NCBI GenBank assembly: GCA_963737285.1
Contig: CAVTRT010000001.1
Span: 290,578-354,577, forward strand
DNA from: an uncultured Actinomycetota bacterium
GTDB lineage: Bacteria; Actinomycetota; Actinomycetes; Streptosporangiales; Streptosporangiaceae
Direction of reading: 5' to 3'
DNA: 64,000 nt
The notes under the pieces were generated by a model. That model saw only the letters and a list, made by a program, of their open reading frames with translations. It did not search any database and was not told where the DNA came from. Shown here one piece after another: positions 21,051 through 31,887 of the stretch (within the stretch, counting starts at the first letter, position 1; the number at the start of each line of letters is the position of its first letter). Made by a program: the position numbers and the translations under genes.

Positions 21051-21063
21051 CCGCGCGACGGGG

Positions 21064-21492
21064 CTAGGCCTTGAGCGTCGCGTAGGCCTCGGTGCTGGCG
21101 TCGTTGAGGAAGGTCCAGCAACGGTTCGCCTCGTCGGCTTCCTCGATCGCGTCGGCGGCTCGGGCGAGGGCGGCGAGGCAGCGCAGGAACCCCTGGTTCG
21201 GCACGTGCGACCAGGGGATCGGGCCGTGTCCCTTCCAGCCGTTGCGGCGCAGCGCGTCCAGCCCGCGGTGGTACCCAGCCCGGGCGTAGGCGTACGCCTC
21301 AACAGGGCGCCCGCCGTCGAGGGCCGCCTCGGCGAGGATCCCCCAGGCCAGCGAGAAGGCCGGGAACCTCGCGGCGACCTCGACCGCGGTCGATCCCTGC
21401 GCGATGAGTGTGCTCGCCGCTGGCGTTTCGGGCAGCAGCGTCGCGGGCGGCTCGCCCAGCAGGTTGACAGGTGAACTCATGGTCCGCACCAT
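21064..21492 (-). CDS. DUF3151 family protein
   Basis: AYAYARAGYHRGLDALRRNGWKGHGPIPWSH..NQGFLR; usual position between fbaA and purA. Confidence 0.9.
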   Translation of the reverse strand: MVRTMSSPVNLLGEPPATLLPETPAASTLIAQGSTAVEVAARFPAFSLAWGILAEAALDGGRPVEAYAYARAGYHRGLDALRRNGWKGHGPIPWSHVPNQGFLRCLAALARAADAIEEADEANRCWTFLNDASTEAYATLKA

Positions 21493-21651
21493 ACGCGGGC
21501 CGACGGGATCGCATCACACCTATCCCATAAGGACTAGTCCGTCCGGACTAGGTTCTTCCAGGAACGATCGGGTAGCCTCACAGCGCAAGAGCCCCTGTCG
21601 CCTTGCCGCTGCCAGGGGCTTAGTTGTGTGCTGTGTGAAAGGCGTAACAAA

Positions 21652-22935
21652 ATGCCCGCCATCGTGCTTGTGGGTGCCCAGTGGGGTGACGAGGGGAAGG
21701 GCAAGGCGACGGACTTGCTCGGTGACCAAGTCCAGTACGTCGTCAGGTATCAAGGTGGCAACAACGCCGGCCACACGGTCGTCATCGGCAGCGAGCGCTA
21801 CGCGCTGCACGTGCTGCCGTCCGGCGTGCTGAACCCCAGCGTAACCCCTGTGATCGGCAATGGCGTGGTCGTCGATCCCAAGGTCTTGTTCCAGGAGATC
21901 GACGAGCTCCAGGCGCGCGGCGTGAGCTGCGACAAGCTCCTGGTCAGCGCGAACGCGCACCTGATCATGCCGTACCACACGGCTCTGGACAAAGTGTCCG
22001 AGCGGTTCCTCGGCAAGGCCAAGATCGGCACCACCGGGCGGGGCATCGGCCCAACGTACGGCGACAAGGTCGCCCGCGTCGGCATCCGGGTGCAGGACAT
22101 GTTCGACCCCGGCATCCTCCAGCAGAAGCTCGACCTCGCGCTGCGCGACAAGAACCAGCTGCTCACCAAGGTCTACAACCGGCGCGCCATCGACGCGAAG
22201 CTGATCGCCGCGGAGTACCTGGCCTACGCCGAGCGCCTCAAGCCGTACGTCGCGGACACCAGCCTGGCGCTCGGCAAGGCGCTCGACGCCGGGGCGACCG
22301 TCCTGCTGGAGGGCGCCCAGGGCTCGCTGCTCGACCTAGACCACGGCACGTACCCGTTCGTCACCTCGTCGAACCCGACGGCGGGCGGCGCCTGCGTGGG
22401 GGCCGGCATCGGCCCGACCCAGGTCACGAAGGTGATCGGCATCATCAAGGCGTACACGACCCGGGTCGGCTCCGGCCCGTTCCCGACCGAGCTGCTCGAC
22501 GAGCAGGGCGAGTGGCTGCGCGAGGCCGGCGGCGAGTTCGGCGTCACGACCGGCCGGGCACGTCGCTGCGGGTGGTTCGACGCGGTCGTCGCCCGCTACT
22601 CGACCCGCGTGAACGGGATCACCGACCTGTTCGTCACCAAGCTCGACGTGCTGTCCACCCTGGAGAAGATCCCGGTCTGCGTCGCCTATGAGGTCGATGG
22701 CAAGCGCTGCGACGACATCCCGATGACGCAGACCGACTTCCACCACGCCAAGCCCGTCTACGAGTACCTGAACGGCTGGATTGAGGACATCTCGGGCGCC
22801 CAGACGTTCGAGGACCTCCCCGCCGCCGCGCAGGCCTACATCAAGACGATCGAGGAGATCTCCGGCACCCGGGTCAGCGCCATCGGCGTCGGCCCCCGCC
22901 GCGACCAGACGATCCAGATCAACCCCCTGCTGTAG
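21652..22935 (+). CDS. purA: Adenylosuccinate synthetase
   Basis: [34 protein letters not shown]. Confidence 0.98.
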   Translation: MPAIVLVGAQWGDEGKGKATDLLGDQVQYVVRYQGGNNAGHTVVIGSERYALHVLPSGVLNPSVTPVIGNGVVVDPKVLFQEIDELQARGVSCDKLLVSANAHLIMPYHTALDKVSERFLGKAKIGTTGRGIGPTYGDKVARVGIRVQDMFDPGILQQKLDLALRDKNQLLTKVYNRRAIDAKLIAAEYLAYAERLKPYVADTSLALGKALDAGATVLLEGAQGSLLDLDHGTYPFVTSSNPTAGGACVGAGIGPTQVTKVIGIIKAYTTRVGSGPFPTELLDEQGEWLREAGGEFGVTTGRARRCGWFDAVVARYSTRVNGITDLFVTKLDVLSTLEKIPVCVAYEVDGKRCDDIPMTQTDFHHAKPVYEYLNGWIEDISGAQTFEDLPAAAQAYIKTIEEISGTRVSAIGVGPRRDQTIQINPLL

Positions 22936-22946
22936 AGTCACCGAAC

Positions 22947-24158
22947 GTGCGAGTACTGGTTATCGGGGCGGGCGGGCGTGAGCATGCGATCGCCGCGGCG
23001 CTGAGCAAGGATCCGGCCGTGCGCGAGCTGCACGCGGCACCCGGCAATCCCGGGATCGCGGAGCTGGCAAGCCTGCACGACGTCGCGGCAGCCGACCCGG
23101 CGAGCGTCACCGCGCTTGCCCGGCGCATCCGAGCCGACCTCGTGGTCATCGGCCCGGAGGCACCACTGGTCGCCGGGGTGGCGGACCCGCTGCGCGAGGC
23201 GGGCATCGCGGTCTTCGGCCCGAGCGGGCAAGCCGCCCAGGTCGAAGGCTCCAAGGCATTCTCCAAGCAGATGATGGCCGACGCGGGCATCCCGACCGCC
23301 CGTGCCTACACGGCCACGACGCGGCAGGAGGCCGAGGCGGCGCTGCGCGAGTTCGGCCCGCCCTACGTCGTCAAGGACGACGCCCTGGCAGCCGGCAAGG
23401 GCGTCGTCGTCACGACCGACCTCGACGAGGCTAGGAGGCACGCGAGCAGCTGCAAGAAGGTCGTCATCGAGGAGTACCTCGACGGTCCCGAGGTGAGCCT
23501 GTTCGCGCTGGCCGATGGCACGACGGCGGTCCCGTTGCTGCCCGCGCAGGACTTCAAGCGCGCCCACGACGGCGACCAGGGGCCGAACACCGGCGGCATG
23601 GGTGCCTACGCGCCGCTGCCCTGGGCTCCCAAGGGCCTGGCCGATGAGGTCATGGACACGGTCATCGGGCCGGCGATCGAGACGATGAGAAGGCGCGGCA
23701 CGCCGTACTCCGGGCTGCTGTACGCCGGCCTCGCGCTGACCGGCAAGGGCATCCGGGTGGTTGAGTTCAACGCGCGCTTCGGGGACCCGGAGACCCAGGT
23801 TGTGCTCGACCGGCTGGCTACCCCCGCGGGCGGCCTGCTGCACGCCGCCGCGGTCGGTGATCTCGCCAGCGCGCCGACGCTGAGCTGGCACCCTGGTGCC
23901 GCCGTCGCGGTGGTGATCGCCGCTGAGGGCTACCCGGCCAGCCCGGTGAAGGGCGACAAGATCGAGGGCTACCAGGCCGAACGGGCCGATTCCTATCTCC
24001 TGCAGGCCGGCACCTCGCTCGACGGCGACGGTGTCCTCGTGTCCGCCGGCGGCCGCGTCCTCAACGCGGTCGGCACCGGCCCAGATCTTGCCACCGCGCG
24101 GGCGGCCGCCTACGACGCTGCGGCAAAGGTCACAATGCGGGGCGTGGTACCGCGGTGA
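22947..24158 (+). CDS. purD: Phosphoribosylamine-glycine ligase; last residues (WYRGDIA) appear out of frame at ~24144
   Basis: MRVLVIGAGGREHA, GPEAPLVAG, QDFKR, NTGGMGAY, EFNARFGDPE. Confidence 0.95.
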   Translation: MRVLVIGAGGREHAIAAALSKDPAVRELHAAPGNPGIAELASLHDVAAADPASVTALARRIRADLVVIGPEAPLVAGVADPLREAGIAVFGPSGQAAQVEGSKAFSKQMMADAGIPTARAYTATTRQEAEAALREFGPPYVVKDDALAAGKGVVVTTDLDEARRHASSCKKVVIEEYLDGPEVSLFALADGTTAVPLLPAQDFKRAHDGDQGPNTGGMGAYAPLPWAPKGLADEVMDTVIGPAIETMRRRGTPYSGLLYAGLALTGKGIRVVEFNARFGDPETQVVLDRLATPAGGLLHAAAVGDLASAPTLSWHPGAAVAVVIAAEGYPASPVKGDKIEGYQAERADSYLLQAGTSLDGDGVLVSAGGRVLNAVGTGPDLATARAAAYDAAAKVTMRGVVPR

Positions 24159-24229
24159 TATAGCGCAGGACGCTGCTCAGTTACCGTGGTCAATGGGAAA
24201 GCATGTTCGCCGGCGAGTGGGAGAAACAG

Positions 24230-25537
24230 TTGATCGACAGGTACACGCTGCCGGAGATGGGCCGGATCTGGAGCGACGCGCACAAGTACGAGCTCTGGTG
24301 CCAGGTGGAGGTTCTCGTCCTTGAGGCCCACGCCAATGCCGGGACGGTTCCGGCGGAGGCCGTCGGACCGGTCCGCTGCGCTCCTGCTCCCACCGCGGCG
24401 GCGGTCGCCGAGGTGGAAGCGGTTACCGACCACGACGTGATCGCGTTTTTGACCGCCTGGGCGGACAACACCGAGCCCCGCTCGGCGGCGGCGTACGTGC
24501 ACTACGGGATGACCTCCTCGGACCTGCTGGACACGGCGCTGGCAGTGCAGCTCGCCGAGGCGACCGACATCATCTTGGCGAAGGCCGACCGGCTCGTCGC
24601 CGTGCTGCGCGACCACGCGCTTGCGCACCGCGACACGCTGCGCCCCGGCCGGACGCACGGCATCCACGCCGAGCCGGACGTGTGGGGCCACCGGGTTGCG
24701 GACTTCGCGTTCGCCGCGGCCAGGTCGCGGGACCGGATCCGCAGGGCGCGGGAGGCCGTGGCCGTCGGCACGCTTTCCGGGCCAGTCGGGACATATTCCA
24801 ACATCGACCCGTCAATCGAGGCCGAGGTCATGCCCAAGCTGGGGCTGCGCGCTGCCGATGTCGCCACTCAGGTGGTCATCCGCGACGGGATCGCGGAGTG
24901 GATCTCCGCCCTCGCGATCATGGCCACCGTATGCGAGGCGGTCGCCCTTGAGGTACGACACGGGCAGCGCACTGAGGTTCGGGAGCTGTGGGAGCCGTTC
25001 CGGGCCGGCCAGAAGGGCTCTTCCGCGATGCCGCACAAGAAGAACCCGATCCGCTCGGAGCGGATCTGCGGCCTCGCGCGCGTGATGCGGTCGTACGTGA
25101 CTCCGGTAACCGAGGGCATCCCGCTGTGGCACGAACGGGACATCTCGCACTCCAGCGTCGAGCGAATCGCACTGCCGGACGCGGCGATCGGATGCGACTA
25201 CCTGCTGCACCTGACGATCGGCCTGGTCGAGGGCCTCGTCGTGAACGTCGACCGGATGCGGGCCAACCTCGACTCGGCCGGGGGCCTGCTGTACTCCTCG
25301 GCGGTCCTGCTTGAACTGGTCAGCGGTGGCATGTCGCGGGAGGACGCGTACGCGCTCGTCCAGGCGGCGGCCATGGACACCTGGGACAGTGGCACCCCAT
25401 TCCGTGATTCTTTGCAAGCTCAGGGTAAGTACCGCAGCATGACGATCGACGAAGGCGCACTTGACCGGGCATTCAGCCCAGATGCGTATGTTGCCCGGCT
25501 TGCACCAGTCTTCGACCGTCTTGCGCGGCTCACCTAG
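24230..25537 (+). CDS. purB: Adenylosuccinate lyase
   Basis: IDRYTLPEMG, GRTHGIHAEP, GSSAMPHKKNP, ERDISHSSVER; probable TTG start. Confidence 0.97.
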   Translation: MIDRYTLPEMGRIWSDAHKYELWCQVEVLVLEAHANAGTVPAEAVGPVRCAPAPTAAAVAEVEAVTDHDVIAFLTAWADNTEPRSAAAYVHYGMTSSDLLDTALAVQLAEATDIILAKADRLVAVLRDHALAHRDTLRPGRTHGIHAEPDVWGHRVADFAFAAARSRDRIRRAREAVAVGTLSGPVGTYSNIDPSIEAEVMPKLGLRAADVATQVVIRDGIAEWISALAIMATVCEAVALEVRHGQRTEVRELWEPFRAGQKGSSAMPHKKNPIRSERICGLARVMRSYVTPVTEGIPLWHERDISHSSVERIALPDAAIGCDYLLHLTIGLVEGLVVNVDRMRANLDSAGGLLYSSAVLLELVSGGMSREDAYALVQAAAMDTWDSGTPFRDSLQAQGKYRSMTIDEGALDRAFSPDAYVARLAPVFDRLARLT

Positions 25538-25648
25538 CAACCACCAGTGGGTGGCATACTGGACAACGCGCTCGCTCAGGGTGTGCCAACGCGACATGGG
25601 CACGCCCTTGTTTCTCGCCGTCACCCCTCGGACAGGAGTTGTATCCAT

Positions 25649-26944
25649 ATGACCAAGGGCACCGAGATCCGCTACCACGTACGCGGCGGCAACCCGCTAG
25701 CCGGGACCGTCTTCATCCAGGGGGCTAAGAACGCCGCCCTGAAGATGATCGCGGCGTCGCTTATGGCGGCCAAGGGCCGAACCGTGCTTCGCAACGTCCC
25801 GCCGATCGAGGACGTGCGGCGGGCCACCGAGCTCGCGCAGGCTATAGGTGCCGTCGTCGAGTTCCACGAGGCCGAGCGCTGCCTCGTCGTTGACGCCTCC
25901 AACCTGACCAGCCCGGTGCTGCCGGCCGAGATCGCCCGCCGCTTTCGCGGCTCGGTGCTCTTCGTCCCGGCGCTGCTCCACCGGTTCGGTGAGGCGGTCA
26001 TTGAGGGCGTCGGCGGATGCAACCTTGGCAACCGGAGCCTTGACTTCCACTACCGCGGATTCGCCCGGCTCGGCGCGATCGTGGACGAGGGCGAGGCGGT
26101 CATCCGGGTCACCGCGCACGAGGGTCTAGCGGGCGCGCACCTTTACCTGGACACCCCGTCGCACACCGGGACCGAGAACCTGATCATGGCGGCGTCGCTC
26201 ACGCCGGGCACCACGGTCATCGACAACACGGCGCAAGAGCCGGAGGTCCTGGACGTCATCGCGTTCCTCACGAAGATGGGCGCGGACATCAGCGGCGGCG
26301 GAACCGGCTTCATTACCGTCCACGGGGTTCCCGAGCTGACGGCCGTGGAGCACACCGTGATGGCCGACCGCATCGACGCGGGCGTGTGGGCGATGGCCGC
26401 GGCCGCGACCGGCAGTGAGCTGAGCCTGGTCGGGGCCAACCTGGATCACTTCGGCGTGGTGCGCTGGAAGCTCGAGCAGATGGGCGTTGAGTTCACCACG
26501 GAGGGCGCCGTCGTTAAGGTCCGCAGGGACAAGCCACTTCGCCCGATCAACGTGATCACCAGTCCGTATCCCGGCTATGCCACCGACCTGCAGTCGCCGA
26601 TCATGGCCCTGGCGACGCTGGCTGACGGCGCGAGCTACATCCGCGAGACGATCTTCGACGGCCGCTACAGCCTGGTGCCCGAGCTGAACAAGATGGGTGC
26701 CAAGGCCGAGATCGACAACAACGTGGCAATTGTCCACGGCCCCTCCACGCTGCGGGGCTGCGATGTGGTGGCGCACGACCTGCGTGGCGGAGCCGCCCTT
26801 ATCCTGGCGGGCCTGGCCGCCGAGGGCGAGACCGTGATCTCTAACGCTTACTACATTGACCGTGGCCACGCGAACATCGCGGCGCGCTTCGCCTCGATCG
26901 GCGGCGATGTTACCGCCGTCGAGCACGAAGTCGAGGAGCTTTAG
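25649..26944 (+). CDS. murA: UDP-N-acetylglucosamine 1-carboxyvinyltransferase
   Basis: GAKNAALK, GGCNLGNR (active-site Cys), PGYATDLQ, DLRGGAAL, IDRGH; CAGGAG RBS. Confidence 0.93.
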   Translation: MTKGTEIRYHVRGGNPLAGTVFIQGAKNAALKMIAASLMAAKGRTVLRNVPPIEDVRRATELAQAIGAVVEFHEAERCLVVDASNLTSPVLPAEIARRFRGSVLFVPALLHRFGEAVIEGVGGCNLGNRSLDFHYRGFARLGAIVDEGEAVIRVTAHEGLAGAHLYLDTPSHTGTENLIMAASLTPGTTVIDNTAQEPEVLDVIAFLTKMGADISGGGTGFITVHGVPELTAVEHTVMADRIDAGVWAMAAAATGSELSLVGANLDHFGVVRWKLEQMGVEFTTEGAVVKVRRDKPLRPINVITSPYPGYATDLQSPIMALATLADGASYIRETIFDGRYSLVPELNKMGAKAEIDNNVAIVHGPSTLRGCDVVAHDLRGGAALILAGLAAEGETVISNAYYIDRGHANIAARFASIGGDVTAVEHEVEEL

Positions 26945-27915
26945 CCCGCCGTCGTCGCCGGCCCAGGGGCCGTCCCCTGGGCCGGGACCACCGCGGCAGT
27001 GCTCGCCGCCTTGGCCTGCTCGTATAGCGTCTCGATGGCGCTGCCCAGGTAGACGCTGTAGGAGACCGAGTTGGTGTCGCCGCCTCGCTGGTAGCCGCCG
27101 ATAACGCCGACAACCTGGGGCGTCCGGGCCGCGGCAGCGTCGCTGGCGATGATCCAGGGACTGCCGCTCGTGCCGCCGTAGAACCCGGCGCAAGCGAACG
27201 TCAGCTGGGTAGCTGAGTACCTGGTCGTCCAGTTCTGGCAGGTCACCGGGGAGTTGTCCGTCTCGGGGTACCCGGTCACCTGGACCAGCTGGGTGAACCC
27301 GGCGTTGAAGTCGATCTGGTTCGCGCCGACCGCGTCCTGGATGTTCTCGCCGTCGCTGGGGTTCAGCACGACGAACCCCACGTCGTGGTCCGGGTCGCCG
27401 CCACCGGCCCACTGCGGGTCGACGATCAGCGCACGGGGCGTCCACACGCCGTACGGCGCGGCACCGTCGGTGTAACCGGGAACAAAGACGATGCTGGTCT
27501 TGCCCTGGCCCTTCCCATCGTTGAGGCAGTGCGCGGCGGTCATCAGCAGGTCGTGTCCCGGGCTTTGGACGACGCTCGCGGTGCAGAAGTGAGATCCGTA
27601 CGCGCCGGACACGAAGAGCGCACCGACCCGGGGATCGTCGCCGCTCAGGAACTGCGCGGTCGGCACTACCGTCGGCGTGGCCGCCGCCGCGTGCGGCGCG
27701 GGCGCCGTTGCCTGCGGCGGGGGTTGCGAGTAGTCGAGCTGGGTCCCTCCCTTGCCCGTGTCCCCGGTACTGGCGTCTGCCCCGCCGCCTGTTGCTGGCG
27801 TCTGGGACCTCCCGGCTGACCGGCCCGGCGGTCCGTCGCACGACGCGGAGGCAAGCGTGACCCAGCTGATGACAAGCAGCGCCGCCATGACGTCGCGGGC
27901 CATTTTCGCAGTCAT
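26941..27915 (-). CDS. Secreted/lipoprotein trypsin-like serine protease
   Basis: Signal with Cys; HFCTASV, TAAHC, DVGF, GGTSGSPW catalytic triad motifs. Confidence 0.88.
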   Translation of the reverse strand: MTAKMARDVMAALLVISWVTLASASCDGPPGRSAGRSQTPATGGGADASTGDTGKGGTQLDYSQPPPQATAPAPHAAAATPTVVPTAQFLSGDDPRVGALFVSGAYGSHFCTASVVQSPGHDLLMTAAHCLNDGKGQGKTSIVFVPGYTDGAAPYGVWTPRALIVDPQWAGGGDPDHDVGFVVLNPSDGENIQDAVGANQIDFNAGFTQLVQVTGYPETDNSPVTCQNWTTRYSATQLTFACAGFYGGTSGSPWIIASDAAAARTPQVVGVIGGYQRGGDTNSVSYSVYLGSAIETLYEQAKAASTAAVVPAQGTAPGPATTAG

Positions 27916-27996
27916 CCCCGCCCCTTCAAGTCCCTTGTCCCGAGGCCGTAAGCTCCATTTACCCGGTCAGCGTCCGCTGGCGTGGCCCTGTGGTCG

Positions 27997-29079
27997 CTAG
28001 GCCCGGTGCGGGAACTCGCGGGCCACGACGAGGAACGCGTCATTGGCCTCCGGCGCCCCGATAGAAACGCGCGCGCCCTCGTCTCCATAGGGACGGATAG
28101 AGATGCCGGCCGCCTCGCACGCCTTCGCGAACTCCGTGGTGTGCTCGCCCAGCCGCAGCCAGACGAAGTTGGCCTCGGTCGGCGGCACGTTCCAGCCGTC
28201 CGCGATCAGCGCGTCCCGGACCCTGCCGCGCTCTTGCACAATGAAGTCCACCCGCCGGAAGAGCTCGTCCTCGGCCCCCAGGGAGGCAACCGCGGCCGCC
28301 TGCGCGACCGAGCTCACGCTGAACGTGAGCATCGTCTTGCGGATGGCCGTCGCGACCGGCTGGTGCCCGATCAGGAACCCGACGCGCAGCCCGGCCAGGC
28401 CGTACGCCTTGGAGAAGGTGCGCAGCACGGCGACGTTGGGCCGGTCCCGGTACAGCTCAATGCCGTCGGGTACCACCTCGTCACGGACGTACTCGCGATA
28501 GGCCTCGTCGAGCACCACCAGGCAGTTCTCCGGAACCCTGTCAAGGAACGTGGTGATCTCGCTCGACAGCAGCGCGGTACCGGTCGGGTTGTTCGGGTTG
28601 CAGACGAGGATGACCCTGGTCCGCTCGGTGATCGCTGCCGCCATCGCGTCAAGGTCATGCGTCTCCTCCAGCAGTGGGACGCGCACCGAGGTGGCGGCCG
28701 CCAGGTCGCATAGCCCCGGGTACGCCTCGAAGGAGCGCCACGCGTAGATGACCTCGTCCCCTGGCCCGGCGGCGGCCTCGATGATCTGCTTGAGGACCCC
28801 GACCGAGCCGGGACCCACCGCGACATGCTCAGCCGGGACGCAGAACCGCTTCGCGATCGCCTGGGTGAGTGCCCCGGCCTCGTTATCCGGGTAGCGGTTG
28901 ACGCTGTGTCCTGCCTCCGCGATCACCTGCGCGACCGAGGGCAGCGGCCCATGGGGCGACTCGTTCGACGACAGCTTGTGCGTCGCCGGCCGACCCAGGC
29001 CGGCGACCGGGACCTTACCGGGCTGGTATGGCGGGATCGTCTCAAGAACGGGGCGGAACTGCGGCGATGCGTCGGTCAT
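27997..29079 (-). CDS. Histidinol-phosphate/aromatic amino acid aminotransferase (HisC/Pat-like)
   Basis: [38 protein letters not shown]. Confidence 0.92.
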   Translation of the reverse strand: MTDASPQFRPVLETIPPYQPGKVPVAGLGRPATHKLSSNESPHGPLPSVAQVIAEAGHSVNRYPDNEAGALTQAIAKRFCVPAEHVAVGPGSVGVLKQIIEAAAGPGDEVIYAWRSFEAYPGLCDLAAATSVRVPLLEETHDLDAMAAAITERTRVILVCNPNNPTGTALLSSEITTFLDRVPENCLVVLDEAYREYVRDEVVPDGIELYRDRPNVAVLRTFSKAYGLAGLRVGFLIGHQPVATAIRKTMLTFSVSSVAQAAAVASLGAEDELFRRVDFIVQERGRVRDALIADGWNVPPTEANFVWLRLGEHTTEFAKACEAAGISIRPYGDEGARVSIGAPEANDAFLVVAREFPHRA

Positions 29080-29138
29080 GGCCCATAGTCTTGCACGGTC
29101 GCTAGCTGGGGGGACGACCCCCTGTCGCCTCCCGGTCT

Positions 29139-29876
29139 TCAGGACAGTGTCTTGGCGGCGTACTGGTAGGCCTGCAGTCCCAGTTCGCGTACGGCCGCCT
29201 CCGAGGCGTTCGGGCCATCGACACTGACTGCCCCGATGAAGCCGGACCCCTGGAAGACAATCGACCACACGTTCGCTGGGGTCTTCTGCCCTAGCAGGCT
29301 GATGTCCAGCACGCGGGCTGGCCGCTTGCCGATTCCCTGCGCCCAGTCCTGCTTCACCGCGTACTGGGATGTCCGACCGCCCGAGGACGCGGTGTACCGG
29401 GAGCATCCCGCCGGGATCGACTTGCCGAGGGCGGCTGCCACTGCCGCGCTGGGCGGCGTGGCGAGCACCTCCGACACCCCGTTGGTCACTACCCGGAAGT
29501 TGACGACAGCGGCCGGGGCGGTGCCCAGCGCACCGGTGTCGAGGACAGCGCCCTGGAGCACGGTGGCCTGCATGCACTGCGTGGGAGTCACGGTGATCCC
29601 GTTCATCTGCGCCGCGGCGGCCTGGACTGCGGGCAGCGACGAGTAACTGCCCGCGGCCGGCGTGGATATCGGCCCGTCGCCGTTGATCCTGGTCAGTAGC
29701 GCGGCCTTGAGCTGCTGGGCGCCCAGCGCGCCGGACTTGTTGCTCACTGTTATGCCGGTCGTGCCACCGGTGGCGGTGTGCGCGCTGCTACACCCGGCCA
29801 GGCCGGCCAGCCCGAGGAGGCCGGCCGAGACCGCGAGCACCGGGACAGGGACATGCCTTGCGTGACGATCGAACAT
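29139..29876 (-). CDS. Putative lipoprotein
   Basis: Hydrophobic signal ending in the lipobox LAGC. Confidence 0.75.
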   Translation of the reverse strand: MFDRHARHVPVPVLAVSAGLLGLAGLAGCSSAHTATGGTTGITVSNKSGALGAQQLKAALLTRINGDGPISTPAAGSYSSLPAVQAAAAQMNGITVTPTQCMQATVLQGAVLDTGALGTAPAAVVNFRVVTNGVSEVLATPPSAAVAAALGKSIPAGCSRYTASSGGRTSQYAVKQDWAQGIGKRPARVLDISLLGQKTPANVWSIVFQGSGFIGAVSVDGPNASEAAVRELGLQAYQYAAKTLS

Positions 29877-29923
29877 TAGTCACCCTCCGAGTTGTCACCA
29901 CATCGAAGCGTGATTCTATCTCA

Positions 29924-31171
29924 CTAGGAGCGACGGCTAGTTACTTTTAGTGAAGCCGCGCCACTCCGGTTGACCTTCCTGAGCTGGTGCGACTTGTCGC
30001 GCGAGGCGGTCTCCTCGACCTGCGCGGCGGAAGTGGTCAGCTTCGGCGTCATCCACTGCAGCATCGGACCGAGCGCCGCCCGCCAGACGTTCGCCGAGTG
30101 GCCCCCGCCCTTGACGATCATCAGCGGGATGTCGGGCACGCGCATCATGGCGTACTGCCGGAAGACCTCAGCCTGCTGCAGGTACCACGTGTCGTTCCCG
30201 CCTGCCGCCAGCCAGAAGTACGGGACCTGAACGCCCAGCGGGGCCTTCTGGACGTACTTGTAGGGCGTGTTGAGGAGGGCGAGCTTCGGGTAGTCCGCGA
30301 AGACGTTAGGGACGTTCACCGGCGTGCCGCCCGCCCGTCCGTTCGCCGGGACCTGGCTGTTGCTCGGCGCGAAGTAGCCGCTCAGGGCGCCCGCGTACCC
30401 GAACCGGCTAGCGTACTGAAGCCCGATGTTCGCCGCGCAGTAGCCACCTTCGGAGTAGCCGGCGATCCCCCATGACGGGCCTGGCGGCATGACCCGCAGG
30501 TTGCGGATGACCCAGTCCGGGATCTCCTTGCCCACGAACGTCATGTCCTGGACCCCTTGCGGGTCGTTGAGGCACTGCAGCGAGTACTGCATGCCGCCGT
30601 CGGTGTCCGGCATCACCAAGACGGCGGGGGTGGCGAGCTTGGTGTCCAGCAGCCCCAGGTAGATGGGGATCACGTCCATCACGTTGACCCACGACGCGGG
30701 CTGCCCCGGAGACCCGTGCAGCAACTCGATCGCCGGGAACCGAGTGCTACGGTAGGCCGGCTGGAAGTACTGCGGCGGCAGGTAGACGTAGACCTGCCTG
30801 GTGATGTGGCTGGTGGTACTGGTCACCGTCGTGCGAAAGAGGTAGCCAGTCTGCTCGGACACGGTGTTGTCGGCGGCCGCGGTGATCACGGCGCCGATCG
30901 ACGCACTGCCGGGCGCGCCCGCCACCTCCGCGAGCTGCGGGACCGACTGCGCGCCCGACCCGGTGAGGTCGCTGATCAGCGCGCCCCAGGTCTGGTAGTA
31001 ACTGAAGTACTTGTTCACAGCCGCGATGCCGAAGACCGCCGCCGGGATGAAGGCAAGGAGCGCGGTGAGAACGCGGACGGCGACCAGCTTGCTGAGCGCA
31101 AGCCAGGTGACCAGCCCGGCAAATGCCAGCACGAGCAGGACGAAGAACAAGGTTCCCTGCGGTTCGAGCAC
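29924..31171 (-). CDS. Membrane-anchored esterase (alpha/beta hydrolase)
   Basis: N-terminal TM segments; VYLPPQY, LLHGSPG, GYSEGG nucleophile elbow, GGH. Confidence 0.88.
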   Translation of the reverse strand: MLEPQGTLFFVLLVLAFAGLVTWLALSKLVAVRVLTALLAFIPAAVFGIAAVNKYFSYYQTWGALISDLTGSGAQSVPQLAEVAGAPGSASIGAVITAAADNTVSEQTGYLFRTTVTSTTSHITRQVYVYLPPQYFQPAYRSTRFPAIELLHGSPGQPASWVNVMDVIPIYLGLLDTKLATPAVLVMPDTDGGMQYSLQCLNDPQGVQDMTFVGKEIPDWVIRNLRVMPPGPSWGIAGYSEGGYCAANIGLQYASRFGYAGALSGYFAPSNSQVPANGRAGGTPVNVPNVFADYPKLALLNTPYKYVQKAPLGVQVPYFWLAAGGNDTWYLQQAEVFRQYAMMRVPDIPLMIVKGGGHSANVWRAALGPMLQWMTPKLTTSAAQVEETASRDKSHQLRKVNRSGAASLKVTSRRS

Positions 31172-31283
31172 ACCCTCTCCTTACCGCGACGACGGGAAGC
31201 TCCGTCACGGCGTGCGAGCAGCCTAGGCGCCCTGCAGGGTGAGCACACCCAGCAGTGCACGCCCCCGCTCGGCCCAGTGAGTG

Positions 31284-31373
31284 TGGCGGTGGAGGTGGGA
31301 TTTGAACCCACGGAGGGGTTGCCCCCTCACGCGCTTTCGAGGCGCGCGCCCTCGGCCACTAGGCGACTCCACC
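31284..31373 (-). tRNA. tRNA-Ser (anticodon CGA)
   Basis: Reverse complement GGTGGAGTCGCCTAGTGGCCGAGGGCGCGCGCCTCGAAAGCGCGTGAGGGGGCAACCCCTCCGTGGGTTCAAATCCCACCTCCACCGCCA; long variable arm, CCA. Confidence 0.97.
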
Positions 31374-31422
31374 GTCGATGAGCTTACCTGACGTTCGCAC
31401 GTGACTAATAACGCTGGCGGAT

Positions 31423-31887
31423 CTATCGGCGTTCCGAGAAAAAAGCTTGGATAATGCCAAGGCACTCGTCATCGAGCACGCCACTGAGGACTTCCGGCCA
31501 CGGTGCTACCCTCGGATCCCTGATGACGTCCCACAGTGACCCTACAGCGCCCGCCCTCGGATCGGCGCCACCATAGACAAGCCGGGCGAGGCGAGCGGCG
31601 GCGATGGCGCCGGCGCACATCGTGCAGGGCTCTAGGGTGACGACGATGGAGTACCCGTCCAGTCGCCAGTCGCCGGCCGCCCGCGCGGCGATGCGGATCG
31701 CCACGATCTCGGCGTGCGCCGTCGGGTCGGCCTCGGCCTCCCGGCGGTTGTGGCCACGCGCGATCACCTCGCCGGCCGGGTTCAGGATCACCGCGCCCAC
31801 GGGAACCTCGCCCTCGGCAGCGGCGACAGCCGCCTCTGCGAGCGCTGCCCGCATCGGCGCCTCGTAGCCAGACAGGTACTCAGCCAC
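31423..31887 (-). CDS. tadA: tRNA-specific adenosine deaminase
   Basis: EVPVGAV, HAE, TLEPCTMCAGA. Confidence 0.93.
   Translation of the reverse strand: MAEYLSGYEAPMRAALAEAAVAAAEGEVPVGAVILNPAGEVIARGHNRREAEADPTAHAEIVAIRIAARAAGDWRLDGYSIVVTLEPCTMCAGAIAAARLARLVYGGADPRAGAVGSLWDVIRDPRVAPWPEVLSGVLDDECLGIIQAFFSERR

Noticed and set aside
21531-21620. Palindrome and hairpin upstream of purA as a purine riboswitch
   Set aside because: No recognisable purine or ZTP aptamer consensus by eye; simple GC stems only
26126-27841. 571-aa minus-strand ORF overlapping murA and the protease
   Set aside because: Alternative-frame artefact; both real genes have clear motifs in other frames
29080-29577. Long N-terminal extension of the aminotransferase (likewise tadA to 32103 and ROK to 34742)
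   Set aside because: Extensions overlap neighbouring genes or promoter DNA; downstream starts match family N-termini
31284-31373. tRNA-Ser as a second integration site
   Set aside because: No integrase or duplicated 3' end seen nearby; flanks look like ordinary chromosomal genes
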